NCBI GenBank assembly: GCA_040218735.1
Contig: JAVJQW010000015.1
Span: 91,779-155,778 of the forward strand
Origin: Deltaproteobacteria bacterium
GTDB lineage: Bacteria; Myxococcota; Kuafuiibacteriia; Kuafuiibacteriales; Kuafuiibacteriaceae
Direction of reading: 5' to 3'
DNA length: 64,000 bases
The notes beneath the pieces are model-generated. The model had not been told where the DNA came from. It ran no database searches and saw only the letters and a list, made by a program, of their open reading frames with translations. Below are positions 1 to 7,657 of the stretch, piece after piece. Position numbers and translations under genes: made by a program. Within the stretch, counting starts at the first letter, position 1, and each line of letters starts with the position of its first letter.

Positions 1-1
1 G

Positions 2-847
2 GCCCTGCACGCCGCAGCCAAGCTCGCCTGGGATCACGCCGCGCGCGGAGGCCGTGCGCTCGACGCCGCGCAGCTCGCGGTGATGTCGATGGAGGCGGCG
101 CCGGTCTTCAACGCGGGGGTCGGCGCGGTGTTTCGCAGCGACGGGACGCACCGACACGACGCATCGATCGTCGACGGCGCGACGCGTGCGTACGGAGCGG
201 TCACCCAGATCACCACGACCTTATTCCCGATCGCCGCGGCGCGGTGGGCGTTCGAACACCGCCGAGATCGCGCCGGGCTCTTCCTCGCGGGCGCCGACGC
301 CGACGCGCTCGCGAACGACTGCGGTGTGCCCCAAGTCGACAACGCCGCGTTCGCCACGCCACACCGTCGCGAGCAGTGGGAGCGTGCGCGCGCCGCGGGC
401 TCCGTGCACCTCGACCACGACGGCAAGCTTGGCACCGTCGGTGCCGTCGTCCGCGATCGTTCGGGACGTCTCGCCGCCGCGACCTCGACCGGCGGGATGA
501 CCAACGCCGAGCCCGCGCGGATCGGCGACTCCGCGATCGTCGGCGCGGGGACGTGGGCCGACGCGCGCTGCGCGATCTCCTGCACCGGCGAAGGGGAGAC
601 GTTGCTCGCCCACGCGGTCGCCGCCCGCGTCGCGGCGCGTGTCGAAGCGGGAGACGCGCTCGAAGTCGCGGCCGGCGCCGTCCTGGACGCGCTCCCCGCG
701 GGCACCGGCGGCTTGATCGCGGTGAGCGCCGACGGGGTGCTGATCGATCCGCGCAACACCGGCGGCATGTACCGCGCGCGCGTGGACGGGCAGGGCCGGT
801 GCGTGGTCGCGATCTACGACGACGAGATCCCCCTGGGCGCGGCCTGA
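2..847 (+). CDS. iaaA: Isoaspartyl peptidase/L-asparaginase (Ntn hydrolase), 5'-truncated by window edge
   Basis: Motifs FNAGVG, DASIVDG, GTVGAV (nucleophile Thr), AATSTGG, RIGDS, TGEGE; frame is open back to base 2. Confidence 0.88.
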   Translation, partial: ALHAAAKLAWDHAARGGRALDAAQLAVMSMEAAPVFNAGVGAVFRSDGTHRHDASIVDGATRAYGAVTQITTTLFPIAAARWAFEHRRDRAGLFLAGADADALANDCGVPQVDNAAFATPHRREQWERARAAGSVHLDHDGKLGTVGAVVRDRSGRLAAATSTGGMTNAEPARIGDSAIVGAGTWADARCAISCTGEGETLLAHAVAARVAARVEAGDALEVAAGAVLDALPAGTGGLIAVSADGVLIDPRNTGGMYRARVDGQGRCVVAIYDDEIPLGAA

Positions 848-858
848 CCTGGCCGCGA

Positions 859-897
859 ACGTTTCGGCTCGGTGCAGCACGTTTCGCCGCGTGCAAC
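859..897 (+). promoter_or_regulatory. Imperfect 20-bp-period direct repeat (ACGTTTCG...GTGCA x2), candidate activator site
   Basis: acgtttcggctcggtgcagc / acgtttcgccgcgtgcaac, about 45-80 bp upstream of a sigma-54 motif. Confidence 0.35.
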
Positions 898-939
898 CCG
901 AACACCCCCGATGCAATCGAGGCTCCGGGCTCCCGCGTC

Positions 940-955
940 TGGCACGACTTATGCG
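940..955 (+). promoter_or_regulatory. Sigma-54 (-24/-12) promoter of the USP gene
   Basis: TGGCACGACTTATGCG = GG-N10-GC with TGGCAC, about 25 bp before ATG 980. Confidence 0.65.
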
Positions 956-979
956 AACCAGCGCCGCCGAGGGAACCCC

Positions 980-1528
980 ATGAAGAACGTCAAACAGATC
1001 CTCGTCGCGGTCGACTTCTCCGACTGCTCCCACGCGCTCGCCAACCAGGCCGCGCAGCTCGCGGCCAAGCTCGACGCCCGGCTCGTCTTCCTGAACGTCG
1101 TCGCGCCCCCCTCGGGCCTCGATCCGGATGCGATCATCTTCCCCAGCCAGGGCGACGAAGGGGTCGGCGTCCTGAGTTATCTGAAGACCGACGCCGAACG
1201 TAAGATGCCGCGTTACATCGAAGACGCGGCGAACCGCGAAGGTGTGCCGGCCACGTGCAAGGTGGTCGTCGGCTCACCCGTCGAGACGATCCTCGCCGAG
1301 GCGAGCGCCCTCCCGGCCGACATCATCTTCCTCGGCTCCCACGGTCGCACCGGTCTCAACCGTCTCGTCCTCGGGAGCGTCTCGGAGCGCGTTCTCCGGC
1401 ACGCCGAGGTCCCGTGCATGGTCGTTCGGAACATCCACCGCCACGAGTGCGAAGCGTCGAGCTGCGCCACGTGTGCGTCGGGGACGAGCGACCCCACGCG
1501 CCAAGCGCGCGCCGAGCTCGACGGCTGA
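980..1528 (+). CDS. Universal stress protein with Cys-rich C-terminal tail
   Basis: ILVAVDFSDCS and GSHGRTGLNRLVLGSVSERVLRHA motifs; start MKNVKQ. Confidence 0.92.
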   Translation: MKNVKQILVAVDFSDCSHALANQAAQLAAKLDARLVFLNVVAPPSGLDPDAIIFPSQGDEGVGVLSYLKTDAERKMPRYIEDAANREGVPATCKVVVGSPVETILAEASALPADIIFLGSHGRTGLNRLVLGSVSERVLRHAEVPCMVVRNIHRHECEASSCATCASGTSDPTRQARAELDG

Positions 1529-1548
1529 CGTGATGGCCCGCGCCCTGG

Positions 1549-2094
1549 TTGCAACCGACGCGACCGACCCCCTACGGTGTCCAGGTGATTCGCGCCGGCG
1601 TCGTCGTTCAATGGGCCCTTCCCCTCGTCTGCCTCGCGGCCGGGTTTGGCATCGCACGCCAGGCCGTGCTCGAGCGTCACGGCTGCCCCTGCGGTGACGC
1701 CGCTCCCGAACCACTCGCCGCCCCCACACCGCCCGAGGCTCCGGAGCCCCGCGAGGCGTTGACGTACGTCCCGCGTCGCACCGTCGAGGTCGACGAGAGC
1801 CTCCCGCGCCAGCTCACCGACTCCGACGTGCTCGGCGTCCTCCGTGAGCACCGCGTCGCGATCCGCAACTGTCTGCGGGCGCACCAAGCGTCCACGTCGA
1901 ACCTCGAAGGTGAGATGAAGGTGAAGCTCCTGATCCCCAGGAGCGGTCGCGCGACACGGGTGTCCGTCTCCCCCGCCAGGTTCCGTGCGTCCGTCGTCGG
2001 TCAGTGCGTAGCGCGCGAGGTGAAGACGTGGCGCTTCCCGGCGTTCAGCGGTCCGTGGATGCCGATCGACTTCCCGGTCACCGTTCGGCGTTAG
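1549..2094 (+). CDS. Membrane-anchored AgmX/PglI C-terminal (TonB-C-like) domain protein
   Basis: TM segment, Pro-rich linker, then IRNC...GEMKVKLLI..SG...VGQCV....KTWRFP pattern; start uncertain. Confidence 0.7.
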   Translation: MQPTRPTPYGVQVIRAGVVVQWALPLVCLAAGFGIARQAVLERHGCPCGDAAPEPLAAPTPPEAPEPREALTYVPRRTVEVDESLPRQLTDSDVLGVLREHRVAIRNCLRAHQASTSNLEGEMKVKLLIPRSGRATRVSVSPARFRASVVGQCVAREVKTWRFPAFSGPWMPIDFPVTVRR

Positions 2095-2621
2095 CTGCCG
2101 CGCGTGCGCTCCGCGGCGGTCGCGCGCATCGACTCTAGCAACCGCGCCAGCACGGGCGACGCGTTCCCCTCGCGGTAGATGCAACACAGGTCGATGTGCG
2201 GGCGCGGTTTGTCGTGCAGCGGCCGATACGCCACGCCCGGCACGTGGAGGTTCGTCGCCGATCGCGGCACCAGACACAGCGCCCCGCCGGTCGCGACGTG
2301 CGCGATGCCGTGCACCACGTCCGAGACCGCGGCGACGACCTCCGGCTCGAAGCCGACGCCGCGGCAGAGGTCGAGGAAGTAGTCGATGAAGCTCGGGCGC
2401 ACGCCGGTCGGGAACACGACGACGGGGTGCCCTTCCAGCTCGGCGAGATCGATCGCGGTGCGCGCTGCGAGCGGATGATCGCTCGGCGCCGCGACGAACA
2501 GCGGCTCCGTGAGCAAAACCTCCGAGGTCAACCCGGGGATGGGGCGCATCAACCGGTTGAAGGCGAGGTCGATGCGGTCGGCCTCGAGCGCTTCGAGTTG
2601 TTCGGCCTTGTTCATGTTGTG
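2091..2621 (-). pseudogene. LysR-family regulator remnant (partial substrate-binding domain, HTH missing)
   Basis: HNMNKAEQLEALEADRIDLAFNR, EPLFVAAPSDHPLA, GVAYRPL; upstream in-frame sequence is not LysR-like. Confidence 0.75.
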
Positions 2622-2696
2622 CTCTCTCCCGAGGCGTCCGCGATGACGGGTTCGACGATGATGCTCGATGCGGGGCGGCGACGGGGCCTCCCGTGA
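2622..2696 (+). pseudogene. C-terminal fragment of a short-chain dehydrogenase/reductase
   Basis: LSPEASAMTGSTMMLDAG matches the SDR C-terminal pattern (LxSxxASxxTGxxxxxDGG); stop overlaps the ferredoxin start (GTGA). Confidence 0.55.
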
Positions 2697-3055
2697 CGCG
2701 CTTCGTGTGTACGGTCGAGAGCGAAGATGGCGAACGCGTCGACGTCCGAGTCCGGCCCGACCAGCACCTCCTCGCCGCCCTCGCGGCGCGTGGGTTGGCG
2801 GTGGTGCCCGTCGGCTGTCGCGGCGGTGGGTGTGGTGTCTGCCGCGTACGTGTCTTGGCCGGCGACTACACCTGCCGGCCGATGAGCCAACGTCACGTCA
2901 GCGCCGAGGCTCGTGGGGAAGGTTATGCGCTCGCCTGCCGCGTGTACCCGCGAGGTGATCTCGTCGTCCGGTGCGCCAGCGCAGAGCCCGAGCGTGACCC
3001 CCTGGAGGCCGGCGAAGACGATGGCGGCGGTGATGATGCCTTTCACGCTGGGTGA
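2693..3055 (+). CDS. 2Fe-2S ferredoxin, XylT/DmpQ-like
   Basis: VPVGCRGGGCGVCRVRV...MS..HVS...ALACRVYP signature. Confidence 0.85.
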   Translation: MTRFVCTVESEDGERVDVRVRPDQHLLAALAARGLAVVPVGCRGGGCGVCRVRVLAGDYTCRPMSQRHVSAEARGEGYALACRVYPRGDLVVRCASAEPERDPLEAGEDDGGGDDAFHAG

Positions 3056-3104
3056 GAGCCGCCGCGCGTGAACAGGATTCTCGGAGCGGGGCGAAAGACT
3101 GGGC

Positions 3105-4334
3105 TCAGCGATTCGCGAGCGCAACGAGGGTGTCCGCGAGGACCTGCGCGCCCGCCGCGACGTCGCTCGGGCGCGCGGCCTCCAGCTCGTTGTGGCTGAT
3201 GCCGCGCTCACACGGCACGAAGATCATCCCGCTCGGGCAGCGTAGCGAGAGCGCCATCGCGTCGTGGCCGGCGCCCGACACCATGCGCATCCACGACTGG
3301 CCCGACGCGCGGGCGGCGCGCTCGACCTCGTCGACGACGATCGGATCGAAGATCGTCGGTGGCACGTCCTCGGTGCGTTCGACGCTCGCCTGGCACGGAG
3401 CAGCGTCGGCGCACGCGGCTTCGATCGTCGCGGTCACGCGATCCAGCGTCGCTTGCTCCGGGTGGCGGAGATCGATCGTGAAGAAGACCCGCGACGGCAC
3501 GGTGTTGGGTGTGCCGGGTTCGACTTCGAAGCGTCCGACGGTGAATCGGATCGTGTCGTCCTCGTCGGTGGCGACCGCCTCCGCGGCGGCGATGATTCGT
3601 CGCGCGACGACGAAGGCGTCGCGCTTCGCGGCGCGCGGGGTCGTCCCGGCGTGGGCGGCTTCGCCGAGCACTTCGATGGCGAACCAGCGCAGCCCCTGCA
3701 CCGAATCGACCACGCCGATCGTGGTGTCGGCCGCTTCGAGGCGCGGTCCCTGTTCGATGTGCGCCTCGACGTAGGCCGAGACGTCGAAGCCGGTGTCGCG
3801 CATGCGCACGTGAGGTGTCGCGCCGATCAGTCGTTGGATCTCCCCGGCGAGCTCGACGCCGTGGGCGTCGCGGAGGGGGCGGACCTCCTCGAGTGTGTGG
3901 TGGCCGCAGAAGAACTGCGAACCCATCATGCCGGGCTGGAAGCGGCTGCCTTCCTCGTTCACCCACCCGACGGCCTCGATGCTCCGTCGGGTCTCGACGT
4001 TGGCGTCGCCGATGGCTTCGATGGCTTCGAACGCGGCCATCACGCCGTAGGCGCCGTCGAACTTTCCGCCGGTGGGTTGGCTGTCGAGGTGGCTCCCGCT
4101 GATCACGGGGGGCGCGTCCGGGTCGGACCCAGGGCGACGCACGAAGAGGTTGCCGATCGCGTCGGTGCTGACCTCGAAGCCCAGGTCTTCCGCCCACCCG
4201 ACGATCAGCTGGCGTGCGCTCGCGTCTTCGGCGGAGAATGCCTGGCGGTTCACACCACCGGCGGCCGTCGCGCCGTGTTCGGCGAGGGTCATCAGCCTGC
4301 GCCACAGGCGTTCTTGGTCGACTCGAATCGTCAT
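3105..4334 (-). CDS. M20 Zn-dependent amidohydrolase (N-carbamoyl-L-amino acid hydrolase/allantoate amidohydrolase family)
   Basis: GSHLDSQPTGGKFDG, NEEGSRF, EAHIEQGP, HAGTTP, SGAGHDA, GISHN motifs. Confidence 0.92.
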   Translation of the reverse strand: MTIRVDQERLWRRLMTLAEHGATAAGGVNRQAFSAEDASARQLIVGWAEDLGFEVSTDAIGNLFVRRPGSDPDAPPVISGSHLDSQPTGGKFDGAYGVMAAFEAIEAIGDANVETRRSIEAVGWVNEEGSRFQPGMMGSQFFCGHHTLEEVRPLRDAHGVELAGEIQRLIGATPHVRMRDTGFDVSAYVEAHIEQGPRLEAADTTIGVVDSVQGLRWFAIEVLGEAAHAGTTPRAAKRDAFVVARRIIAAAEAVATDEDDTIRFTVGRFEVEPGTPNTVPSRVFFTIDLRHPEQATLDRVTATIEAACADAAPCQASVERTEDVPPTIFDPIVVDEVERAARASGQSWMRMVSGAGHDAMALSLRCPSGMIFVPCERGISHNELEAARPSDVAAGAQVLADTLVALANR

Positions 4335-4347
4335 GGGGCTCCTGTAC

Positions 4348-5712
4348 TCACCATTGAATGGCCACCGCGACGGCGATGAACAGCCAACTCACCCCGTAGA
4401 TCACGGCGATGAGTGGGAAGATGAATCGCAGCCACGCGCCGTAACTCACCCGACCCATCGCGAGCATCGCGAGGGTACCGCCCGACGTCGGGACGATGAG
4501 GTTGGTGAGGCCGTCCCCGACTTGGAACGCGAGGATCATCGTCTGCCGCGAGATGCCCAGCAGGTCACCGAGCGGGATGAGGATGGGCATCGTCACCATC
4601 GCCTGTCCGCTCCCGGACGGGATGAAGAAGTTGATGATGCCCTGCACGACCGAAGTGCAGATCGCAGCGAGCGTAACGGGCATCGATGAGAGCACGCTGC
4701 TGAGCCCCAGGATGACTGTGTCGATGATCCGCCCGTCCTTGAGCACGACCTGGATGGAGGCGGCGAGTCCGATGATCAGCGCGCCACCCGTCACGGCGGC
4801 GGCGCCGTCGACCATATGCCGCACGATCGTCTCCCCCGGCATCCGACACGCGACGCCCACGATGATCGCGATCGCGAGGAAGGCACCGGCGATCTCTTTG
4901 ATGTACCAGCCCTCCGTGAACACGCCCCACAACATGAAGACGAGCCCGCCCACGAAGATGCCGAGCACCTTGTAGTCGGCGAAGCCGAGCCGGTAGTCGT
5001 CCAGCGACTTGCTGAGCCCGGCGTCGTCGTCTTCGTCCCGTTCGGAGCGGTCGACCGCGCGTGACACGTAGGCGGCCACCGCAGCGAGCGCGACGACGAC
5101 CAGCGTCGCGCGGAGCAGCGCGCCCGAGAACAGCGGGAGCTCGGCGAGCTGCTGCGAGACACCGACGGTGTACGGGTTGATCGGCGACAACGCGAAGCCG
5201 ACGCCGATCCCCCCCACCGCCATGCCGACACCGACGAGGCGCCCGGCACCGATCGCTGCGCTGACGAGGAGCGCGACGGGCACGAGCGCGATGTTGTTCT
5301 CGAAGCCGACCGCGACGCCGAAGAAGCCGAAGACGAACGTCGTCATCCAGATGATCACCTTGCGGTTCGCGAGGCCGATCTTGCGGACGAACACCCCCAC
5401 CGCGTTTTCGAGCGCGCCGGTCTCGTCGAGCACGCGGAACAGGCCGCCCGCGATGAAGACGATGAAGAGGTAGCGTGCGGCGGCGAGCATCCCGCGGGGG
5501 ACCGCGACGAAGACGTCGAAGACGCCGGCCGGCGCGCCCGTGACGGCGTGGTAGGTGCCGGGCACGACGCGGGTCTTTCCGTCGACGAGCTCGGTTTCGA
5601 ACGCCCCTGCGGGGACGACGTGGGTGGCGATCGCGGCGAAGACCAGGACGAAGAAGATGAGGACCATCGGATCGGGGATCCGGAAGCGGGAGCGTGGGGA
5701 GGCGTCGTGCAT
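4348..5712 (-). CDS. YfcC/DcuC-like integral membrane transporter
   Basis: Many TM helices; INPYTVG, NFFIPSGSGQA, AFQVGDGLTNLIVPT motifs. Confidence 0.88.
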   Translation of the reverse strand: MHDASPRSRFRIPDPMVLIFFVLVFAAIATHVVPAGAFETELVDGKTRVVPGTYHAVTGAPAGVFDVFVAVPRGMLAAARYLFIVFIAGGLFRVLDETGALENAVGVFVRKIGLANRKVIIWMTTFVFGFFGVAVGFENNIALVPVALLVSAAIGAGRLVGVGMAVGGIGVGFALSPINPYTVGVSQQLAELPLFSGALLRATLVVVALAAVAAYVSRAVDRSERDEDDDAGLSKSLDDYRLGFADYKVLGIFVGGLVFMLWGVFTEGWYIKEIAGAFLAIAIIVGVACRMPGETIVRHMVDGAAAVTGGALIIGLAASIQVVLKDGRIIDTVILGLSSVLSSMPVTLAAICTSVVQGIINFFIPSGSGQAMVTMPILIPLGDLLGISRQTMILAFQVGDGLTNLIVPTSGGTLAMLAMGRVSYGAWLRFIFPLIAVIYGVSWLFIAVAVAIQW

Positions 5713-5814
5713 GTGAGGAGCGGCGGTCCTTCACGGCTCACACGCGACGGTCGCGGCTGTCAAAGACACTCGTCCGTTTACCGATCCCATCGCGGATGTC
5801 ATCCTCGGCCGCCG

Positions 5815-6717
5815 ATGACGAGCGGTGTCCATCGATCCGGAGCGCGTCCGTCCATCCAGACCGACGCGGCCTCCAACGAGGCCAAGGCTCCCCGCGCGCC
5901 CGGCGCGATGGTCATCGAGGCCCCGGAGCCGCTCCCCGGAGCGCTACGGATCGAGCTGCCGGCGCTGTTGCGTCGGGCGCTGAAGGCGGACGTCCCGCAG
6001 CGGCGGCAACAGATCGATCCCGAGTCCGGTGCTCGGGAAGGGACGTGCGGTCTGTACGCGCTCGGGATGGTGTTCGACTTCTGGCACGCGAGGGATTCGA
6101 AGGCGGCGGCGCCGCTCGTGAAGGACGAGGATCTGAAGGGCCCCGGCGTCAACTTCAACCACGCGCCCAACACCGACGAGCGCGTCTTCGACTACGCGCT
6201 GAGCGCCGGGTACAGCGCGACGGGCGAGATCTTCACGGCCTCGCACCTCGGCGCGATCGCCGAGCACTTCGGCTACGCATCGAAGGTGCACGACGGCGGC
6301 GATCTCGACGCGCTCTACCACATCCTCGACGCGGGGCACCCCGCGCTGGTGTGCTTCGACGTCGACGCCAACGGCAACCCGCACGTCGTCGTCGGCGACC
6401 ACGCGCACTGGGCCGTCATCACCGGGTACGTGGACTTCGAAGGTGAGCGCTACGTGGTCGCCAAACACGGATGGGACGTCGCCGAGCACCACGTCTGGCG
6501 CGCCGAGGACTTCGCGCGATCGTGGCGCGGGCTCGAGTCGACGGACTACTACGGGACGCCGGGGGACGGGGCGTCGCTGCCCAACGGCCGGCCGCGTCCG
6601 TCGCGCGTCGAGCTCCCGAGCGCCGGTGAGGGGCGCGCGGACATCGCCGCTTCCGTCGCCGGGAAGATCGTCGAAGTGTTTCCGCCGGGCGAGGCACCGG
6701 CGGCGACGTCGCGATGA
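5815..6717 (+). CDS. C39-like cysteine protease resembling eukaryotic actin maturation protease (ACTMAP/C19orf54)
   Basis: EGTCGLYAL (Cys), GYSATGEIF, GHPALVCFDVD.N..P....GDHAHWAVITG (His); start uncertain. Confidence 0.7.
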   Translation: MTSGVHRSGARPSIQTDAASNEAKAPRAPGAMVIEAPEPLPGALRIELPALLRRALKADVPQRRQQIDPESGAREGTCGLYALGMVFDFWHARDSKAAAPLVKDEDLKGPGVNFNHAPNTDERVFDYALSAGYSATGEIFTASHLGAIAEHFGYASKVHDGGDLDALYHILDAGHPALVCFDVDANGNPHVVVGDHAHWAVITGYVDFEGERYVVAKHGWDVAEHHVWRAEDFARSWRGLESTDYYGTPGDGASLPNGRPRPSRVELPSAGEGRADIAASVAGKIVEVFPPGEAPAATSR

Positions 6718-7625
6718 AACACCGGCTCGACCTCGGCGCGCTGCCCGAGCTCGGAGCGCCCGAGATCATCGAGGCGCCGCTCGAAGGCGCCGTCGACCGT
6801 GTTCGAGGGGAACGCGGCCTCTACTTCCGCGCGCGTGGCGGAGTGTACGGGCCGGGGCCGGAGCGCCTGTTCGCGGACCGTCGCGCCGGGGCCCCGTGGC
6901 CGTTCGCGGGGGGCGTCGGGCTGCGGTGGGGATCCGTGGTTCGCTTCGCCTTCGACGACGGCGAGCACGTCGATGTGCCCGGCGACGTCTTCACGCTCGC
7001 GTCGAACGCCCTCGTCGGGCTCGTGCTGGACCGCCGCGCGCGTGTGCTGCGTCGCGTCGATCTCACCTCGCGCGAGGCACGGACGATCGGCGAGGTCGCC
7101 GGCGGCCTGGAGCGCCAGGTGCCGGGGGTTCTGAGTTTGGATCCGACGGGGACGCGCGCGCTCGTCCTCGACGCAGATACCTCCGGTCAAATCACGATGT
7201 CGGAGCTGAATCTCGCGTCCGGCGCGTCGCGGATCGTCCACGGGCCTTTGCCGCCGCGCTCGTGGATCGTCGGAGCGTTCGGTCCTCACGGCGAGCGTGT
7301 GCTGCTCGAGCAGCGCTTCGGCCCGACGCGCGCACGCCTGATCCATCAATCACGTACTTCGCACGTCCTCTTCGAGCTCACGGTCGCCCAACCCATGTTG
7401 CGCCCCGCCTTCCTGCGGCGCGATGTCATCGCGGTGGTGCTCTCCACGGAGCCCCTCGGCCTCGCGACCTACGGCCCGCGCGATCTGTTCTTGGTCGCGA
7501 TCCCCGGTGGAACGCGCCGCAAACTCACCACCACGGGCGCGGTGTGCGGTCACCCGATCGTGCGGTCAGGTGAGTTGGAGGTCGACGCCGCGGAGGGCCT
7601 GATGCGATGGCGGTGTTCCCCTTGA
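6714..7625 (+). CDS. Hypothetical protein (possible beta-propeller)
   Basis: ATGA overlap with the upstream protease gene; beta-strand-rich, protein-like composition. Confidence 0.6.
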   Translation: MKHRLDLGALPELGAPEIIEAPLEGAVDRVRGERGLYFRARGGVYGPGPERLFADRRAGAPWPFAGGVGLRWGSVVRFAFDDGEHVDVPGDVFTLASNALVGLVLDRRARVLRRVDLTSREARTIGEVAGGLERQVPGVLSLDPTGTRALVLDADTSGQITMSELNLASGASRIVHGPLPPRSWIVGAFGPHGERVLLEQRFGPTRARLIHQSRTSHVLFELTVAQPMLRPAFLRRDVIAVVLSTEPLGLATYGPRDLFLVAIPGGTRRKLTTTGAVCGHPIVRSGELEVDAAEGLMRWRCSP

Positions 7626-7657
7626 TCGAAACTCAGGCGTGATCGCACTGTCCCCGT

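Noticed and set aside
2-5712. Cyanophycin utilisation cluster (isoaspartyl peptidase, M20 hydrolase, YfcC)
   Set aside because: No cyanophycinase or synthetase is visible, and the genes are not in one operon.
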